DNA of 64,000 nt from Eledone cirrhosa (lineage: Eukaryota): the NCBI GenBank assembly GCA_964016885.1, contig OZ024742.1, positions 124,000,001 to 124,064,000 on the forward strand, given 5' to 3'. A model generated the notes under the pieces. It did not search any database and had not been told where the DNA came from. It saw only the letters and a list, made by a program, of their open reading frames with translations. Shown one piece after another: positions 15,372-30,659 of this stretch (position 1 is the stretch's first letter; each line of letters starts with the position of its first letter). The position numbers were made by a program, and so were the translations under genes.

Positions 15372-15396
15372 TATATATATATTTATATATATATAT

Positions 15397-16860
<1,464 letters not shown>

Positions 16861-16876
16861 TTATAATATATATATT

Positions 16877-16987
<111 letters not shown>

Positions 16988-17202
16988 TCAATACATTAAC
17001 AGAGAAAGCCTTAAGCTATACTCTGACTGGCTACCATCTCACTCAACAAACATTAGGATATACCTTAGTATAATCCCAATTTTATGTTTGGCGTGCTAAC
17101 TATACATATTTTGCGGATAGCCAGTTGTATTATTTTATATGAGATATAATTAAGATTAAAATATATCTCTCTTTCCAAACAATTGTTTCATTATAAGTTT
17201 TC

Positions 17203-17205
<3 letters not shown>
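16988..17205 (-). mobile_element. PLE pLTR-like fragment (same family as 62123-63178)
   Basis: TTCAATACAT.AACAGAGAAAGCCTTAAG...CTCAACAAACATTAGGATATACC shared; ends within HHR stem II (TGTTTCATTATAAG). Confidence 0.75.
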
Positions 17206-17236
<31 letters not shown>

Positions 17237-17242
<6 letters not shown>

Positions 17243-17405
17243 GAACACTAGAAGGTAATATCCGTAGTGGTAGAGCACTCAGTCCATGGGACGAGTTAGG
17301 TAGAAGTGGTTACACACCAGTTAGTTCACCATACCGAGAACAATTGTTTCACCTTAACGAGCTGAGGATCCACTAAGTTGAAACAATTGTTCTCGGCATG
17401 GTGAA

Positions 17406-17410
<5 letters not shown>
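17237..17410. mobile_element. short fold-back PLE-like insertion (related to 34801-34950)
   Basis: ATAGAACACT...TATCCGTAGT...AGAGCACTCAGTCCAT shared with 34801; terminal hairpin containing an HHR. Confidence 0.7.
17358..17395 (+). ncRNA. minimal type I HHR motif
   Basis: CGAG-CTGAGGA-TCCACTAAGTT-GAAA-CAATTG-TT-CTCG: stem I CGAG/CTCG, palindromic ACAATTGT stem III, weak stem II. Confidence 0.65.
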
Positions 17411-17464
<54 letters not shown>

Positions 17465-17559
17465 GTATATATAACGACAACTAGTGTTCCAGTTGATACG
17501 ATCATCGGAACGGCCTTCCTGTGAAATTAGCTTGCATGTTGTTGAGCAATCCACAAACA

Positions 17560-17775
17560 CATCACATGTATCAATTAGGCAAATCTCAAGGAGTTTTAGC
17601 ATGACACAGAATGTGACCAAGCTGACCCTTTGAATTACAATTACAACTCATGTTTGCCACTGGAGCCAACGTGAAATAAAGTGTTTTCTTCAAGGGCACA
17701 ACTTGTCACCGGGAATGGAACTCACGGCCTTAGGATTGTGCGCCGAATACCCTAACCACAAAGCCACATACCTTC
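17560..17775 (-). mobile_element. SINE (family 2)
   Basis: CCAACGTGAAATAAAGTGTTTTCTTCAAGGGCACAAC...GGAATGGAACTC...CCCTAACCAC. Confidence 0.65.
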
Positions 17776-18980
17776 AAACGCACACAAACACACACACATA
17801 TATATAATATATTTAAATATGAATATATATATATATATATATACACTATATAACCTATATATAACAGTATATTATATGATATATAATACATATATAATAT
17901 ATAATACATATATATATATAATATATATAACATAATATATATATTATATATATATAATTTCATATATAATATAAAATGATTTAATTAGTGAAAATTGACC
18001 GTTGAATCATACTCCAATGTTGGTGTAAGTAAACCCAAAGTATCGTTTATAATAATTCTAGCATAATATATCAAATATCAAACTTTTGTCAGCTGCTAAC
18101 ATCACGAATATCTGAGTCTTCCAGTATATAATTGGTTTCTAGAGGAGATATCCTTTCGCTCAATGTAACATCAATTCAGCAACGATTTCTTCTCTAAATG
18201 ATTTGAGTTTAGATCAGAAATATAAAGTTTACATGAGATTTACATTCTTAACAATATCGTAGTTAAATTTATATCTAAAAAAATAAAAAAATAAATGAAA
18301 AGCTTTCGCAACTCAATTTTGGTAAAACTCGTTAATTCTTTCATTCCAGAAATATAATGAAATTTATCGTTATCTCTTTTTTTATATTTATTAGATAGAA
18401 ATTAGTATCTCTCAAAACTAAAAACTAAATTCCCACTGTTTACTAAAATGTCTGTTTTATTTTATTATAATTTGATCAAATTAATAAATATATTTCATAA
18501 CTAAGTTATTGAATCGGGTTTCTTTTCGACAAAACTAAATTTGATTTTAAACGTCGTCGTTGTAATGAAATGTTATTTCAGTATTAGATTTCAATCTTGT
18601 TATTTACAAAGTTTTCTTATAATAGTTGTCCGGAATGTCATTTACCTCAGGCAAGGCTCTTTTACTAGAAAAATAATGAAACAATAACTGATTGATATAG
18701 CCATGATGTATGTTTAATAAAATAAAGAATTAGCTTAATTTATTCTAGTAATTTCTCTTGACTGGGTACAATGCAGTGTTGATAGTTCAAAAATGTTACA
18801 TAGATACGGTAGTCTAAAGTAGAAAGTGGTTAGTCTATTAAAGATTCCGGATTTGAATGTAACCCGACAGGACGTTGCAGGTCAAAATCAAATATTTTAT
18901 AACACTAAGATTACTTCAAATACCAATTACACACTTACATGGGTATGAGGCGCCTTCTGAATACTTACATGCATACGTAC

Positions 18981-19021
<41 letters not shown>

Positions 19022-19026
<5 letters not shown>

Positions 19027-19870
19027 TGGCTGCCAACTCGTTTTAGAGTACGGCCACTACTTTGTACGGCCACTACTTTATATCCATGTAGGAGAACCCC
19101 TACCGATGCGCTGAACGACTATGACATTTTAGTCCAGCCAGCGACTTGAACATGCTGGTACAAACACTACACTTGTGACAATTATTGACATATATTGCTG
19201 GGCCCATGGTACCATGTGATGACAAGTGCAGAGAGATCTCCAGATATAATGTATGTATACATACATACATACATACATACATACATACATACATACATAC
19301 ATACATACATACATACATACATACATGCATACACATATATATATATAGTGAGGAGGGTGACTTTGGACATCCTGCAGGACAACCTGCAGGACTAAAAACA
19401 AAACCTGTCAAAGGGCAAAGGAGCTCTTAAGAGTCAATGGCCATCCAAAATCACCGGGAGAGATTACCCCATTAGCCTTTGTCAAGGCAGAATTCTAGGA
19501 TAAGGAAAACTCTGATATAACACCTGCAACCCTGATGGTATCCAATGATGTTGACTTGTTCTACTTTTTGGTAAATATCATCTTGGTTAAAATAGTGGAG
19601 CTGGCTTTGTGCAGTGCCTTTGCTCACTATAAAAGCTTCACGGCACAGGCATTGCTTTATATCTGGAGATCTCTCTGCACTTGTCGTCATATGGTACCAT
19701 GGGCCCAGCACTATGTGTCAATAATTGTCACAAGTGTAGTGTTTGTACCACAGTTTTCAAGTCGCTGGCTGGACTAAAAAGTCACACTCGTTCACCGCAT
19801 GGGTAGGGGTTCCCCTAGATGGATATAAAGTAGTGACCGTACTCGAAAACGAGTTGGCAGCCACCATGTA
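19022..19870. mobile_element. two inverted copies of an RTE-like LINE 3' end (19022-19250 minus; about 19655-19870 plus) around a UTR-like segment
   Basis: Encodes C2H2-like [22 protein letters not shown], similar to the RTE C-terminus at 21340; 3' ends GAGTTGGCAGCCACCAT run into microsatellite tails. Confidence 0.7.
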
Positions 19871-19872
19871 TG

Positions 19873-19936
<64 letters not shown>

Positions 19937-19940
19937 CATG

Positions 19941-20019
<79 letters not shown>

Positions 20020-20074
20020 ATATATATATACATATATATCTATATCTATATATATATATAAATATATATATATA

Positions 20075-20129
<55 letters not shown>

Positions 20130-20139
20130 GTATATATAT

Positions 20140-20425
20140 TGTGATGGTTTCACTTTGCGTACAGATAAGATTGCTCATGTCAGGAAAATCATGTTCAAGT
20201 AAACCACGATACAACATTATAGCTAATACAGGAACATTTTTTGAAACATGAGATAAAGATCAGTTGTGAAGACCTGATATTAATAGTAATAATAATAATA
20301 ATATCTGCTCTTCACAACTGATCTTTACCTTATGTTTCAAAACATGCTCCTGTATCATGGTTTACTTGAAAATGATTTTCCTGACATGAGCAATCTTATC
20401 TGTACGCCAAGTGAAAACCATCACA
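20140..20425. repeat. inverted repeat with ~125-140-bp arms and an (AAT)n loop
   Basis: 20140-20280 is the reverse complement of 20300-20425, apart from one indel of about 18 bp. Confidence 0.9.
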
Positions 20426-20557
20426 GGTAACGTATAAAATGACTTATGGGTGATTTTTTGATACCTGAGGTAGGTTTATTTACGTTGATTTTGGAAATTA
20501 TGATTGCATTTATTTAGTTTTATTGAAGAAACCATATTTTTTTCTGTTTGTTTGCAG

Positions 20558-20712
20558 GTCACAAGGCTACAATTCACCATTTATCTTTAGATGATCTAAT
20601 TCCTAAAACAGACTTGTTCATTACTTACGAAGGTTCTCTTACTGAACCTGGTTGTCATGAGACAGTAACATGGATACTATTTAATCGACCCATCTACGTA
20701 TCACGTGATCAA
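20558..20712 (+). CDS. internal exon of a carbonic anhydrase-related protein (CA10/CARP-like alpha-CA)
   Basis: Acceptor tttttttctgtttgtttgcAG and donor GTgagt; phase-1 155-bp exon translating (G)HKATIHHLSLDDLIPKTDLFITYEGSLTEPGCHETVTWILFNRPIYVSRDQ, which contains the alpha-CA Y.GSLT.P.C.E.V.W motif with the CARP-type NRPIY; not present in the ORF track. Confidence 0.92.
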
Positions 20713-21269
20713 GTGAGTACAAGTTAATATTCTTCACATTACCATTGTACATTTATTAATTGTGTCTGACGCGTTAGACATTTATATTTTCACGTTCAAT
20801 ATAAGGATGAGCATTACACAAATATTTAACCAACATTACAATTATTATGAAAGAGCCAGTCAAATAAAGTACAATGCTATTATTTGTGGTACGATTGCTA
20901 TTTTGTTATTGTTATACAAAGGACAATATGTTTAAACCATGTTCACCCAGCGACGAGCATGTCAGAATCAACTCCCTTGATACCATAATCATCACTAATT
21001 ATAGCTAATGTATACGTTAGTAATCAGCGATACGGAAAAGAGTCATGGTTCTGAATGGTTAGATAACAGAGTAGTTATTTTATGGTGGACTGCTATAACA
21101 CAAGCCTTTTACCGTCTTCTAGAAATATGAAATGGAAGAAATGAAAGTCACGGATAAACGCATGGCAGTCACTGAAAATTTCTCCAGATGTATACCATAG
21201 TGTAATGACATAAATCTGATTAATACTAGATCTTTTAACTTTATGAAATACAAAATAACCAACAACACA

Positions 21270-24200
21270 TACATACATGCATACATACATGGCCATTGCC
21301 TCCCCATTGCAAACGATTGCCGCATCCCTATTCACCCCATCAACCATCACCAACTCTAAACGTCCGTTCATGACCCCTTAGGTGGCTTTTAAGTCCAGTA
21401 TTAGATTTGCACGGTCTGCAGCAAATATGACAAACAAAAGATGTGCCCTCTATTGAATTTATAAGGTCAGTTTGTAGGATGTCATTCTTATGTAAGCTCA
21501 TATGTTTTTTAAGTTCAGAGAATGATTTGCAGACTATTTTGCACGCCACACATGTCTCACCTAGCATTGGAACGATAGAGCTGCATACAGTTGACTTTGT
21601 ATATGATTTTAAATGAGTGATGTACCCAGATTTAGAGAAGTTCATACTGTGGCCTTTTCTACGCTGACGTTTAAGTTTTTCGTGATCAAGACGCCTATCT
21701 TCATACATTCTGCAGCCTTCCTTTGGATGTCTTCTCCATTTACCCGTCTTTTAAACAAGCACTTCCAAGTTCTGAACTACAAACTGTAGATCTTTAAGGT
21801 TGTTTTTCATGCAATCCGTATATCCTTTTCTTGGCTTGTGCCGGTGGCGTTTCCCAGTGTGCAATTGGCTGTAAAATAGTTGTTTTGAGAGTCTTGCCTC
21901 ATTCATGTACATATCATGGCTTACCCAACGCATTTGAGAGAACATGATGGTAGAGTCAATGCTCGTGAAATCAGCATCTATAAGGACTTTTGTGCCAGGT
22001 ATTTTATGTTGCTATTTGAGGTTTAGAATTCGTCTTAATCACTTTTGATGAAATTATTGAAGCAAATTAAGGTGTCTACGATTTATTGTGTACGTTTCCG
22101 AAGATTATAACTGTGCACTCTGAATGCAGGCCTTCTACACACAAATTTTGGTCTTGATATTGGTGTCATGATCCGCCGACACTCTTTTTTCAAAGGCGAC
22201 AGGGGACTTCTGAATGCGCAGCCATATTTCTGCCTCTGTCGGACCTTCCCTTGATAATGCACTGCCCAGGTAAAAGTGTCACTACACCCAACTTAGTTCC
22301 ATGCTCCATTATATTTTGCTCTATATATGCTTCCCATGGTGATGGGGTGAACATTACCTTGGTCTTTTTTAGATTGATTTTCATGACAAAGCCCTTACAA
22401 GAATCTGCAAAACAATCCATGATGTGTCTCATGTCATCTTGAGAGAGCCAGAAAGTAAACATAGTCTGCACACAGGAGTTCTCTAATTGGTATTTGGAAA
22501 ACATTGGATTTGAAATTGAACCTTACTAGGTCAAAGATGCTTCCTCTAGTTCTAACTTGCACAGTACTGGAATGCATGAGTGAGCATCACAGCAACAAAT
22601 ATTGAAAAAAGTGTGGGAGCCGTAATATCTCCCTGCTTCACGCCATTATCAACTGGGATTTCATTCGACCATTCAAGACAATCCGAGCCTTCATATTTAC
22701 GTGTAGCCGGAAGGACAAGTCAATACAATTTAGTGGGCACCCTATTTTCCCTAATTTATTCCACAGTGCACCTCTGTTCACTGTATCAAATGCCTTTGTC
22801 AGATCAACAGAAACCTGATACAGAGGAACCCGATGCTCAATATATTTCTTCTGTATTCGCCTTGCAGAGAAGATCATATGAAACATCACTCTGTCAGATC
22901 TAAAGCCAGTTTGTGATCAGCGATTATTGTAGGACAGATGACCTCCATCAACCTGTTCAGGAATAATCTAGCAAGGCACCAACATAGTTATGCCACGGTA
23001 GTGATCGCAGATTCCTTTCTCCCCATTGCCTTAAAACAAGGTCACCAATATAGCATCTATCCAATCTTGTGGTATAGGAGCTCCAGCCCAGCACTCTGTG
23101 ATGTGATGCAATATTGTTTGTGTTATGTTCTTATTACCAATCTTTAACTATTCCACAGGGATTCCATCTGGTCCAGGTGCTTACACGTGTTTAACTGGTT
23201 GATGGCCCTTTTAACCTCATATTCTAATAATCAATCCATTTTAAAACACATTGGTGGATGCCATCTAGCATATCATGATCAAATGATGATATATTATCAA
23301 ATAAATCAGTGAAATGTTCTTTCCCACGCTTTAGGGTTTTCTCTGATTCATTGATGATGTCACTGTCATCCTTGTAACTTATGGGAACAATAGACGAAGT
23401 TGGTGGACCATATACAGCACACAAAATCTATAAAACGGTTTTGAATATTTTACGCTATAAGACTTTTAATATCTTCAGCGATGTTCAACCACCATTTATT
23501 GTTAAGCCTTCTCAGCTCGCGTTGTAAGGTGGCTCTATATTCTTTATATATCTTTTTGATAGCAGTTAAATTCGTAGGACACTCTCCCAGCAGCTTTTCA
23601 TGAATAGCATGGGTTTTCTCTAATAGCTGGCTGATAACCAGATTATCATCAAACCAGTCTTTCTGTTGTTTTTTTTTAGTACTAAATCCATGTTTTTCTG
23701 TTCCTGTTGTATACAATTGATCCCTAAAGTTTAATCCACGTTCCATCGAAGTCAATATTATTCAAACGTACGTTTATTCAAAGCCTCACGTATCTCTTGC
23801 TGTTTTAACTTTCCAACATCAATACGCTTCAGTGTTTTGATCCCACACACACGAGATTCTTTCCGAATACGCAACTTAAACCTCCCCGAAAAAAACTTAT
23901 GGTCTGTGTTGCATTCTGCACTACGCATGAAACGGACATTACAGACATCATTAAGGTTGTATCTCCGGGTTACTATGAAATCTATCATGTGGCCATCTTT
24001 TGAACTTGGTTGTATCCAGGTAATGTTATGCTTCTTCTTTTATTCGAAGGAATATATTGCAAATGGCTAGGTTGAGTTCCGAACATAGCTCAAGCAGCTC
24101 CAAACCATTGGCATTCATCATACCGATGCCGTAATGTGCATCCGATGTCTCATGGTCTCTGCCAATTCAAGAATGATCACTTTTTCTTCGACTAGAGTAG

Positions 24201-25270
24201 ATGCAATTGTAGCAAGAAGGGATTCATAGAATGTCATAATACTTTCTTCACTGGTCTGGAGAGTTGGAACATACACTGATAGAATTGTTGCACATCACCC
24301 ACATGCAAGTGGAATGCGCAACTTCATTATACGGTAACTGATTCTAGAGGGGCACTATAAATGTTGTGCTAGAGTTTATCGCACTGCAAATCCTACACCA
24401 CCTCTCACCGTTCTCCTGTTGGTGTCCCTGTCCAGAAACGTGTGATGATGCTGCAGTCAGTTGATTACACCCTGATAAACATGTTTTGACAAAGCTGCAC
24501 TATCTATATTTAATCTTTGGAACTCCTTTGTTACCAGTGCGGTTCTTCTTTCTGGTCAGTTTGATGAGTTTTGCTCCAGAAGGCTTCTAACATTCCAACA
24601 GCAAATATTTGGTTTGTTTTGAATTTCATAAATGTTTTACTTTGTTATTCACATCTTTTTTCGTGCTTCAATGAATCGCCACAGTAAACTTCCCAACGTT
24701 GATGTGACAAACAATTTCCAATGAACCTTTTCTATCACCTTCCAAAGAATTTGGCTGAACAATGCTCACAGGCGTCTCCACCGGAGTTAGCCCCTGTCAC
24801 AGGAAGACATAAGAAAGATGTTATGGTTTGACCCTTGCCGCCTATGTGTAGATTTGCAACTATATGCTTCCAACTGGTCAGGTATGCACACGTCACCACT
24901 CCTCCATCGCCATAGGACTTTCAGCTGTAACAATGACAGATGAGAAGGTCACAAAAGAGACATCTGTACATCATTGGGTTATAGTGACAAAAGCTTGTAC
25001 TACATGGGCACCACTCTCTAAGTTTCAGTGATCATTGCCTGGTGATAAGCCTAAGCCAGATGACCAGTAATCACATCAACCGCAGGTTTCATTTCAAAGT
25101 TGCCCTCTTTTGGAAAGATACTGTAACAAAATCTCGGGGTCTCCGAGTGGATTTTCTTTTTACCCTTTTTACCCTTTTGCGGGCACCACACCCGCAAATG
25201 AGTTACAATGATTCGCTGACTCTTTCATAAACGTAGACAAAGGACTCGATATCATTTGAAGGTCTCCCTC
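21270..25270 (-). mobile_element. degenerate near full-length RTE-clade LINE (APE endonuclease + RT + C-terminal zinc fingers)
   Basis: Minus-strand fragments: ICCWNVRSLL/PERRTALV (about 24600), IDFIVTRR..DV...RSAECNTDH, KDWFDDN, VDLTKAFDTVNRGALW, KINLKKTKVM, ARLSKQLFYSQL, CHICCRPCKSNTGLKSHLRGH; (TATG)n tail at about 21270-21290; many stops and frameshifts; 5' limit approximate. Confidence 0.9.
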
Positions 25271-25459
25271 CTCCCCCACACACAAAAAAATAAAATATTA
25301 GAAAAGGTTTTTTTTAAAGATTTAAAATGGTTTAAAGGGGTTTTTAATTCTTTTAAATGTTTTATCATATATATATATATATATATATGTGTGTGTACAC
25401 AGACTAACGTGCAATCAATCCTACGCATTCCCACACCCATATAGTATATACATATTTAC

Positions 25460-25690
25460 ACATTTTGGGATTGCCGTTGACTCTTATGAATGCTTCCACC
25501 AGTTGTCAGGTTTTGATTTTTCTCCTGCAGGGTGTCCGAAAACAACCCTCCCCAAGTAAATTTGGTGGGGTTGCCGGTTTAGTCACCGATGACCCGACCA
25601 TGTGAGAGGTGGTACTGGGTTACATTTTACCAGTAGCTCCCACGAGTGACCCGACATAATACATTCATACATACAAACATACATACATAC
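25460..25690 (-). mobile_element. RTE 5'-UTR-like non-autonomous fragment
   Basis: Reverse complement is similar to 19350-19450 (CCTGCAGG...AAACCTG...TAAGAGTCAACGGC) and more weakly to 3010-3185. Confidence 0.5.
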
Positions 25691-26083
25691 ATAATATCAA
25701 CATTATAAGTTTGACTTGATAATGAAAATTAGAATATTATAGGGAGTATCATATAAAAAGAAATGTAAGTGATGTATATGGACTTCTAGCGTGTATGAAT
25801 ATGAGACTTGCCAATGAGAATGTTTTTTTCTTTTCATTAAATAAACATCTAAGTGCTTGCGTATACCATAACGTCATGCTCTGGTAGATTTGGTGTGACG
25901 TTGTATGTGATAAGGATAATTTTTTGAATTGCAGCTATACTGCATGAAAAGGTTTCCAAGTAATTTGACCATGTTTGGATAATACAAGTATATTACTGCT
26001 AATCAGTATCTGCTATGTGCTCAAGAAATTGTTTGTGAAAGACATTGATATGAACTCCATTTATATATATATATATATACATA

Positions 26084-26259
26084 GGAAAACAGTCAGGACC
26101 CTGACGGCTGAGCTCCGGGCGTTTCGACAGCTAGATCTGAACGGCCGGAGCTCAACCGTCGGGGTCTGACTCTTTTCCTATTACCCACTCTACTACCCAA
26201 AGTATCGAGTACTGTGGTGCGTTATGGTCCATCTGGTTCCTTACCACACTTCCTTCGTT
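26084..26259 (+). mobile_element. family A fold-back repeat
   Basis: Same 3' body as 3597 and 8033; different hairpin junction. Confidence 0.8.
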
Positions 26260-28309
26260 ATATATATATATTAAAAACGTATTTAATCTATCCCGGCTTA
26301 CTTGTCGAAAAGAAATGTAATATTAGATTTAAACAACAACCGTAAATGAAATCATTATATTGATATTAATATATGTATTTGCGACTGTATTTAATCTTGC
26401 GAGTTTCAAGTACAAGATCCGTGTATTTTTTTAAAGAGCCAGAAATGTAGTTGTTAAAAATAACGATAATTGGTATTATAATTATAATGGTTATTATCTT
26501 TGGCACAAGGCCATATAAATATAAATAAATTGGATTAAATAACCATTTTCGATAGTGTGCAGAAAACGAAAGTATTGCAAAAAGCAGTAGTATTCCGTAC
26601 AAATGAATTTGCGATATTTTATTGACTTAGTTTTAACGTTCGGATTTCAAATCAAACTGAGACTGACTTTCCTTCTGCATTGTTCCTAAAACGACAAAAT
26701 AAATGTAAATCAATTTAATATAACCATCCAAAGAAATAGGGCAATTGTGCCTATTATAGAAATAATTATTTCTATGATTCATAAAATAATGATAGAAGAA
26801 CAAATTTAAAAGGCTGTATGGATTTAAACTCCTTCCAAAGTCTATATAGCTTTGTATTTCCCAACAATTTAGTAAATGAATATCAATAACTTTCTAGAGA
26901 TGGAGTGTGAGTTTTAAGGATGACCCACATAAAACATATTCACCACTGCTCCGTGCTCTGGGGGTCGATAAATAAACGGCCCATCCTCTACCCAATTAGT
27001 CAAAGAACCGACAAAACAGAAACCTTGATGATGATGATGATGATCTTCTTCTTCTTCTTCTTCTTCTTCTTCTTCTTCTTCTTCTTCTTCTTCTCATACT
27101 GCTCATTTCTCCCCTCCCCATCCTCCTCATGGTTCATCTGTTGTCTATCGTAGGGTTTGATGTGCACTGGCAAGTTTAAAATGCTGTTTGGCACCCCTAG
27201 ATACGATTCTCTAGGGAGTATATTCAGCTAACTACAAACATCACTTTTTGTTTGTTAATATATTCTACCATGTGGAAATATCTAAGTCTAGAAATATTAT
27301 ATTGTGCCAATGAGCTTTAGAGCATTCTGGACTAGTTGGAATACTCTAATGAATCTAATGACGTACATCCCCGTGTAGTAAGTAACATAAATATGAACAA
27401 TATACTGTTGATACAATAAATTATATCATTCTCCTGGAAATATTTGGCTCTTTGCCCATGCTAGAAAGTATTATTATCATTACCAATATTTCTGTCACTA
27501 TTAATGATAATTAAAACGAGATCAAAATAAAATGTTGATAATGAAGCATTAACACTAAATAAATTTCACATATATAAAGTAAAAAAATGATAAATGAAAA
27601 ATAGTTGAATATTGACAGGAAGACAACATAATTCACAATTAAATTTATTAATTTTAAATTATCTTCTATTCATTTCTTCCGTCCACGTATTGCCACGCAA
27701 TGATTGATCTCTTCCATTCTCAATGAAGTTGTCAATTCTAGTACAGTATAACACTGTTAGGCAGCGCGATACAAGAAGCTGCAAACAACCCGATAAATTA
27801 TTAGAAAGCTGAAAACAACAACGAAGAATAATGATACAATTGAATAAGAGTGTAGTAACAATTTTAAAATAGATGACTGCCTACCATTTGCGTAGGTTGA
27901 GGATACTGATCATGCAGTATGTGACAAGCAAATAGGACTTAGAACCAGATTCGTTTCAGCTTGGAATTTTTATTTCCGTTATATCCGAGAATGTGTTTTA
28001 AACATCAATTATTTGGAAGAAGAAGATACTCACAAAAGCCTTGATATTCTGATTACATTTATAATGTTTCGTTTTAACAAAAATTATCACATGTTTGCAG
28101 GGAAAATAATACAATTCATGAGCGAAAAGAGTATCCAATATATTTAATATTTTTTTAAGAAGTGGTTAGTGCGTCTCTGAGGGGCGTGACTCAGTGTGCC
28201 TGTTGAGAGAAGATTGGTGTGACTTTGAATTTGTGCATATCCTAAATTCCCTCTGTGTGCTGCCCTCCCATATATGGGAATATTGTTGTTAGAAATTTAT
28301 TGTTAACTA

Positions 28310-28740
28310 CACCACTTGTAACTCGTCGGGTCCTTTCTCTCTCTCTCTCTGTTTATGAAGGTACCCGGAAAAACTCCATATCTCGGGACCTGCTCTCAGA
28401 TTTACGTGAAACTTGTTTTATTCCATTTGTATTCCCATTTCAGGGTCAAATTTCTATCAAAGTATATTCCGATTTTCGCCCTTTTGTCTGTATTATATTA
28501 CAGACTAGCAAACAAGCAAGCAATCATAGAGTTTTTGAAGTATACTAGACCACCCGTGACCCGTTGGGTCACTTCCACTACAAAATATTTTTTTTAAATC
28601 ATGTTCACTAAAAAATAATGTTTAAATAATTAAAATATACACAGACATGTATATAATGTGAAATGAAACAGGAAGGTCCATATATATACGTGTGAGTATG
28701 TATATATATAAATGTGTGTGTTTGTATCCATATATATGTG

Positions 28741-28773
<33 letters not shown>

Positions 28774-28854
28774 GTGGGGGTCTGAGATCTATATTCATGT
28801 TCATAGACATACACATACATACATATATATATACACATATTTACATTGCTGTTG

Positions 28855-28891
<37 letters not shown>

Positions 28892-29002
28892 GTATATATA
28901 TATATACAACAACACCAGCTCTCTCTTTCTCTTCCTTTCTCCTTTGTCTCCTCTACATCTCTCTATGTCTCTCTTTCAATCTACTCTCTCTCAACCACTA
29001 TT

Positions 29003-29068
<66 letters not shown>

Positions 29069-29259
29069 CTTATGAAAGTACCCGGAAAAAACCCATGTCT
29101 CGTCGGGAACCCGTGCTTCGATTTACGCGAAAATTGTTTTATTCCATTTGTATTCCCAATTCAGGGTCAACTTCTTTTCAAAGTATTTTCCCATTATGCA
29201 TCCTTTTGTCTGTAATAGATTACAGTCAACCAAGCAAGCAGGCAATCACAGACTTTTAG

Positions 29260-29260
<1 letters not shown>
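28310..29260. mobile_element. two diverged copies of a non-autonomous Helitron-like repeat
   Basis: TATGAA.GTACCCGGAAAAA...TTTTATTCCATTTGTATTCCCA.TTCAGGGTCAA at about 28335-28530 and 29070-29260; minus-strand hairpin GTGACCCaacGGGTCAC followed by CTAG at about 28545-28572. Confidence 0.55.
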
Positions 29261-29310
<50 letters not shown>

Positions 29311-29719
29311 TAGATAGATAGATAGATAGATTTGTTACCTATTACTTTGAAACCTTTTACTTCTCCCTTTCCTCGATTAATGGAAAGCCCCAATAACCTT
29401 CGTCCATTTGTATGCCGTTTTTGTTCGGCCCTGGTGGCTAAACAGATATCTTTATTGTTGTGGGAGACGCGTTATTACTCTAATTGTTATTTCATTTTCA
29501 TTATTTATCTTCATTATTATATGAGTGAGCGTGAATGTATAGGAGTGTGTTCGTTGAGGTATGAGTCACATCTACGAGTGTGTGCATATACGTGTGTCTG
29601 TCTAGTGTGGATTCTGTATCTAGTTCAGCCTATGTGTATGTTGATTGTTTTTACGTTATGTGCGTAGAATAGATATATGTATGCATGTATGTATGTATGT
29701 ATGTATGTATATATATATA

Positions 29720-29764
<45 letters not shown>

Positions 29765-30659
29765 GCATACAAAGACTAAGAAACAATCTCAGATCACCCA
29801 AACTGCAGTTGTTTGTTAATGGAGGAAAATTTTTGATTAATTTTAGACACATATAATCACAGATTGCATCGATATTATGATTGCAAGAGGTGTCAGCTGG
29901 CATTCCTAAACAAATATTATTTTCCCTTACATTTGCCTTCCCCTACCGTCGATATGACTGTGCTATAGATCAATTGGTCAGTTGTATATTATTGTTAAAA
30001 TCTGTGGTTTTTCGTCGATCTTTCTCATAAAGGTAATTCTACGGCGTTCAGTAACTCTCCAGAGATCTGTTTAATTCTCTTATGCACATATTTATCATAA
30101 TTCTTTTACTATATATTAATACCAACTCCATTAATTTTACGAGAAAATGGTTATAATCGGATTTCTCATATTTGGCAGTCGCAGTTGATGAGTTCAATGC
30201 TGTTGAAAGTAAAATTAATCACATTAATTAACAATATTTATTTGCAGGAGATGACGATAGCGAAAAGGCACATTGTAAATTATTCTATCAAAGGAAAAGA
30301 AATGGCCTACTGCGCCGTTATTTCTACAACAATAATCTATTTTATACCACCCTAGCATATATGATTACATACTAAAATCACTTTTTGATAAGTGATTTCA
30401 GAATGACATATACCATCGGACACCGTGCTAGATGTTTTATAATATATGTTTACCATTTCATTATCATTCTTTTATTTTTACTTGACACCTTATTTCCTCT
30501 GTGTACTAGCCGTTCTTCACTCTAAATACTTTTAAATTGGTGACTGAATAATTTATAATTGAATTTTCTCTCTTTTGAGAGCTACAACCACTAACAGCTA
30601 AAGTGTTACCAAAGACAACGTTGTAATTGTATTGATCAATTCATTCAATGATCACAAAC

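Noticed and set aside
20375-20440. CTGACATGA...GAAAACC atcaca GGTA in the inverted repeat
   Set aside because: Core spacing is wrong and no stem I or II could be formed.
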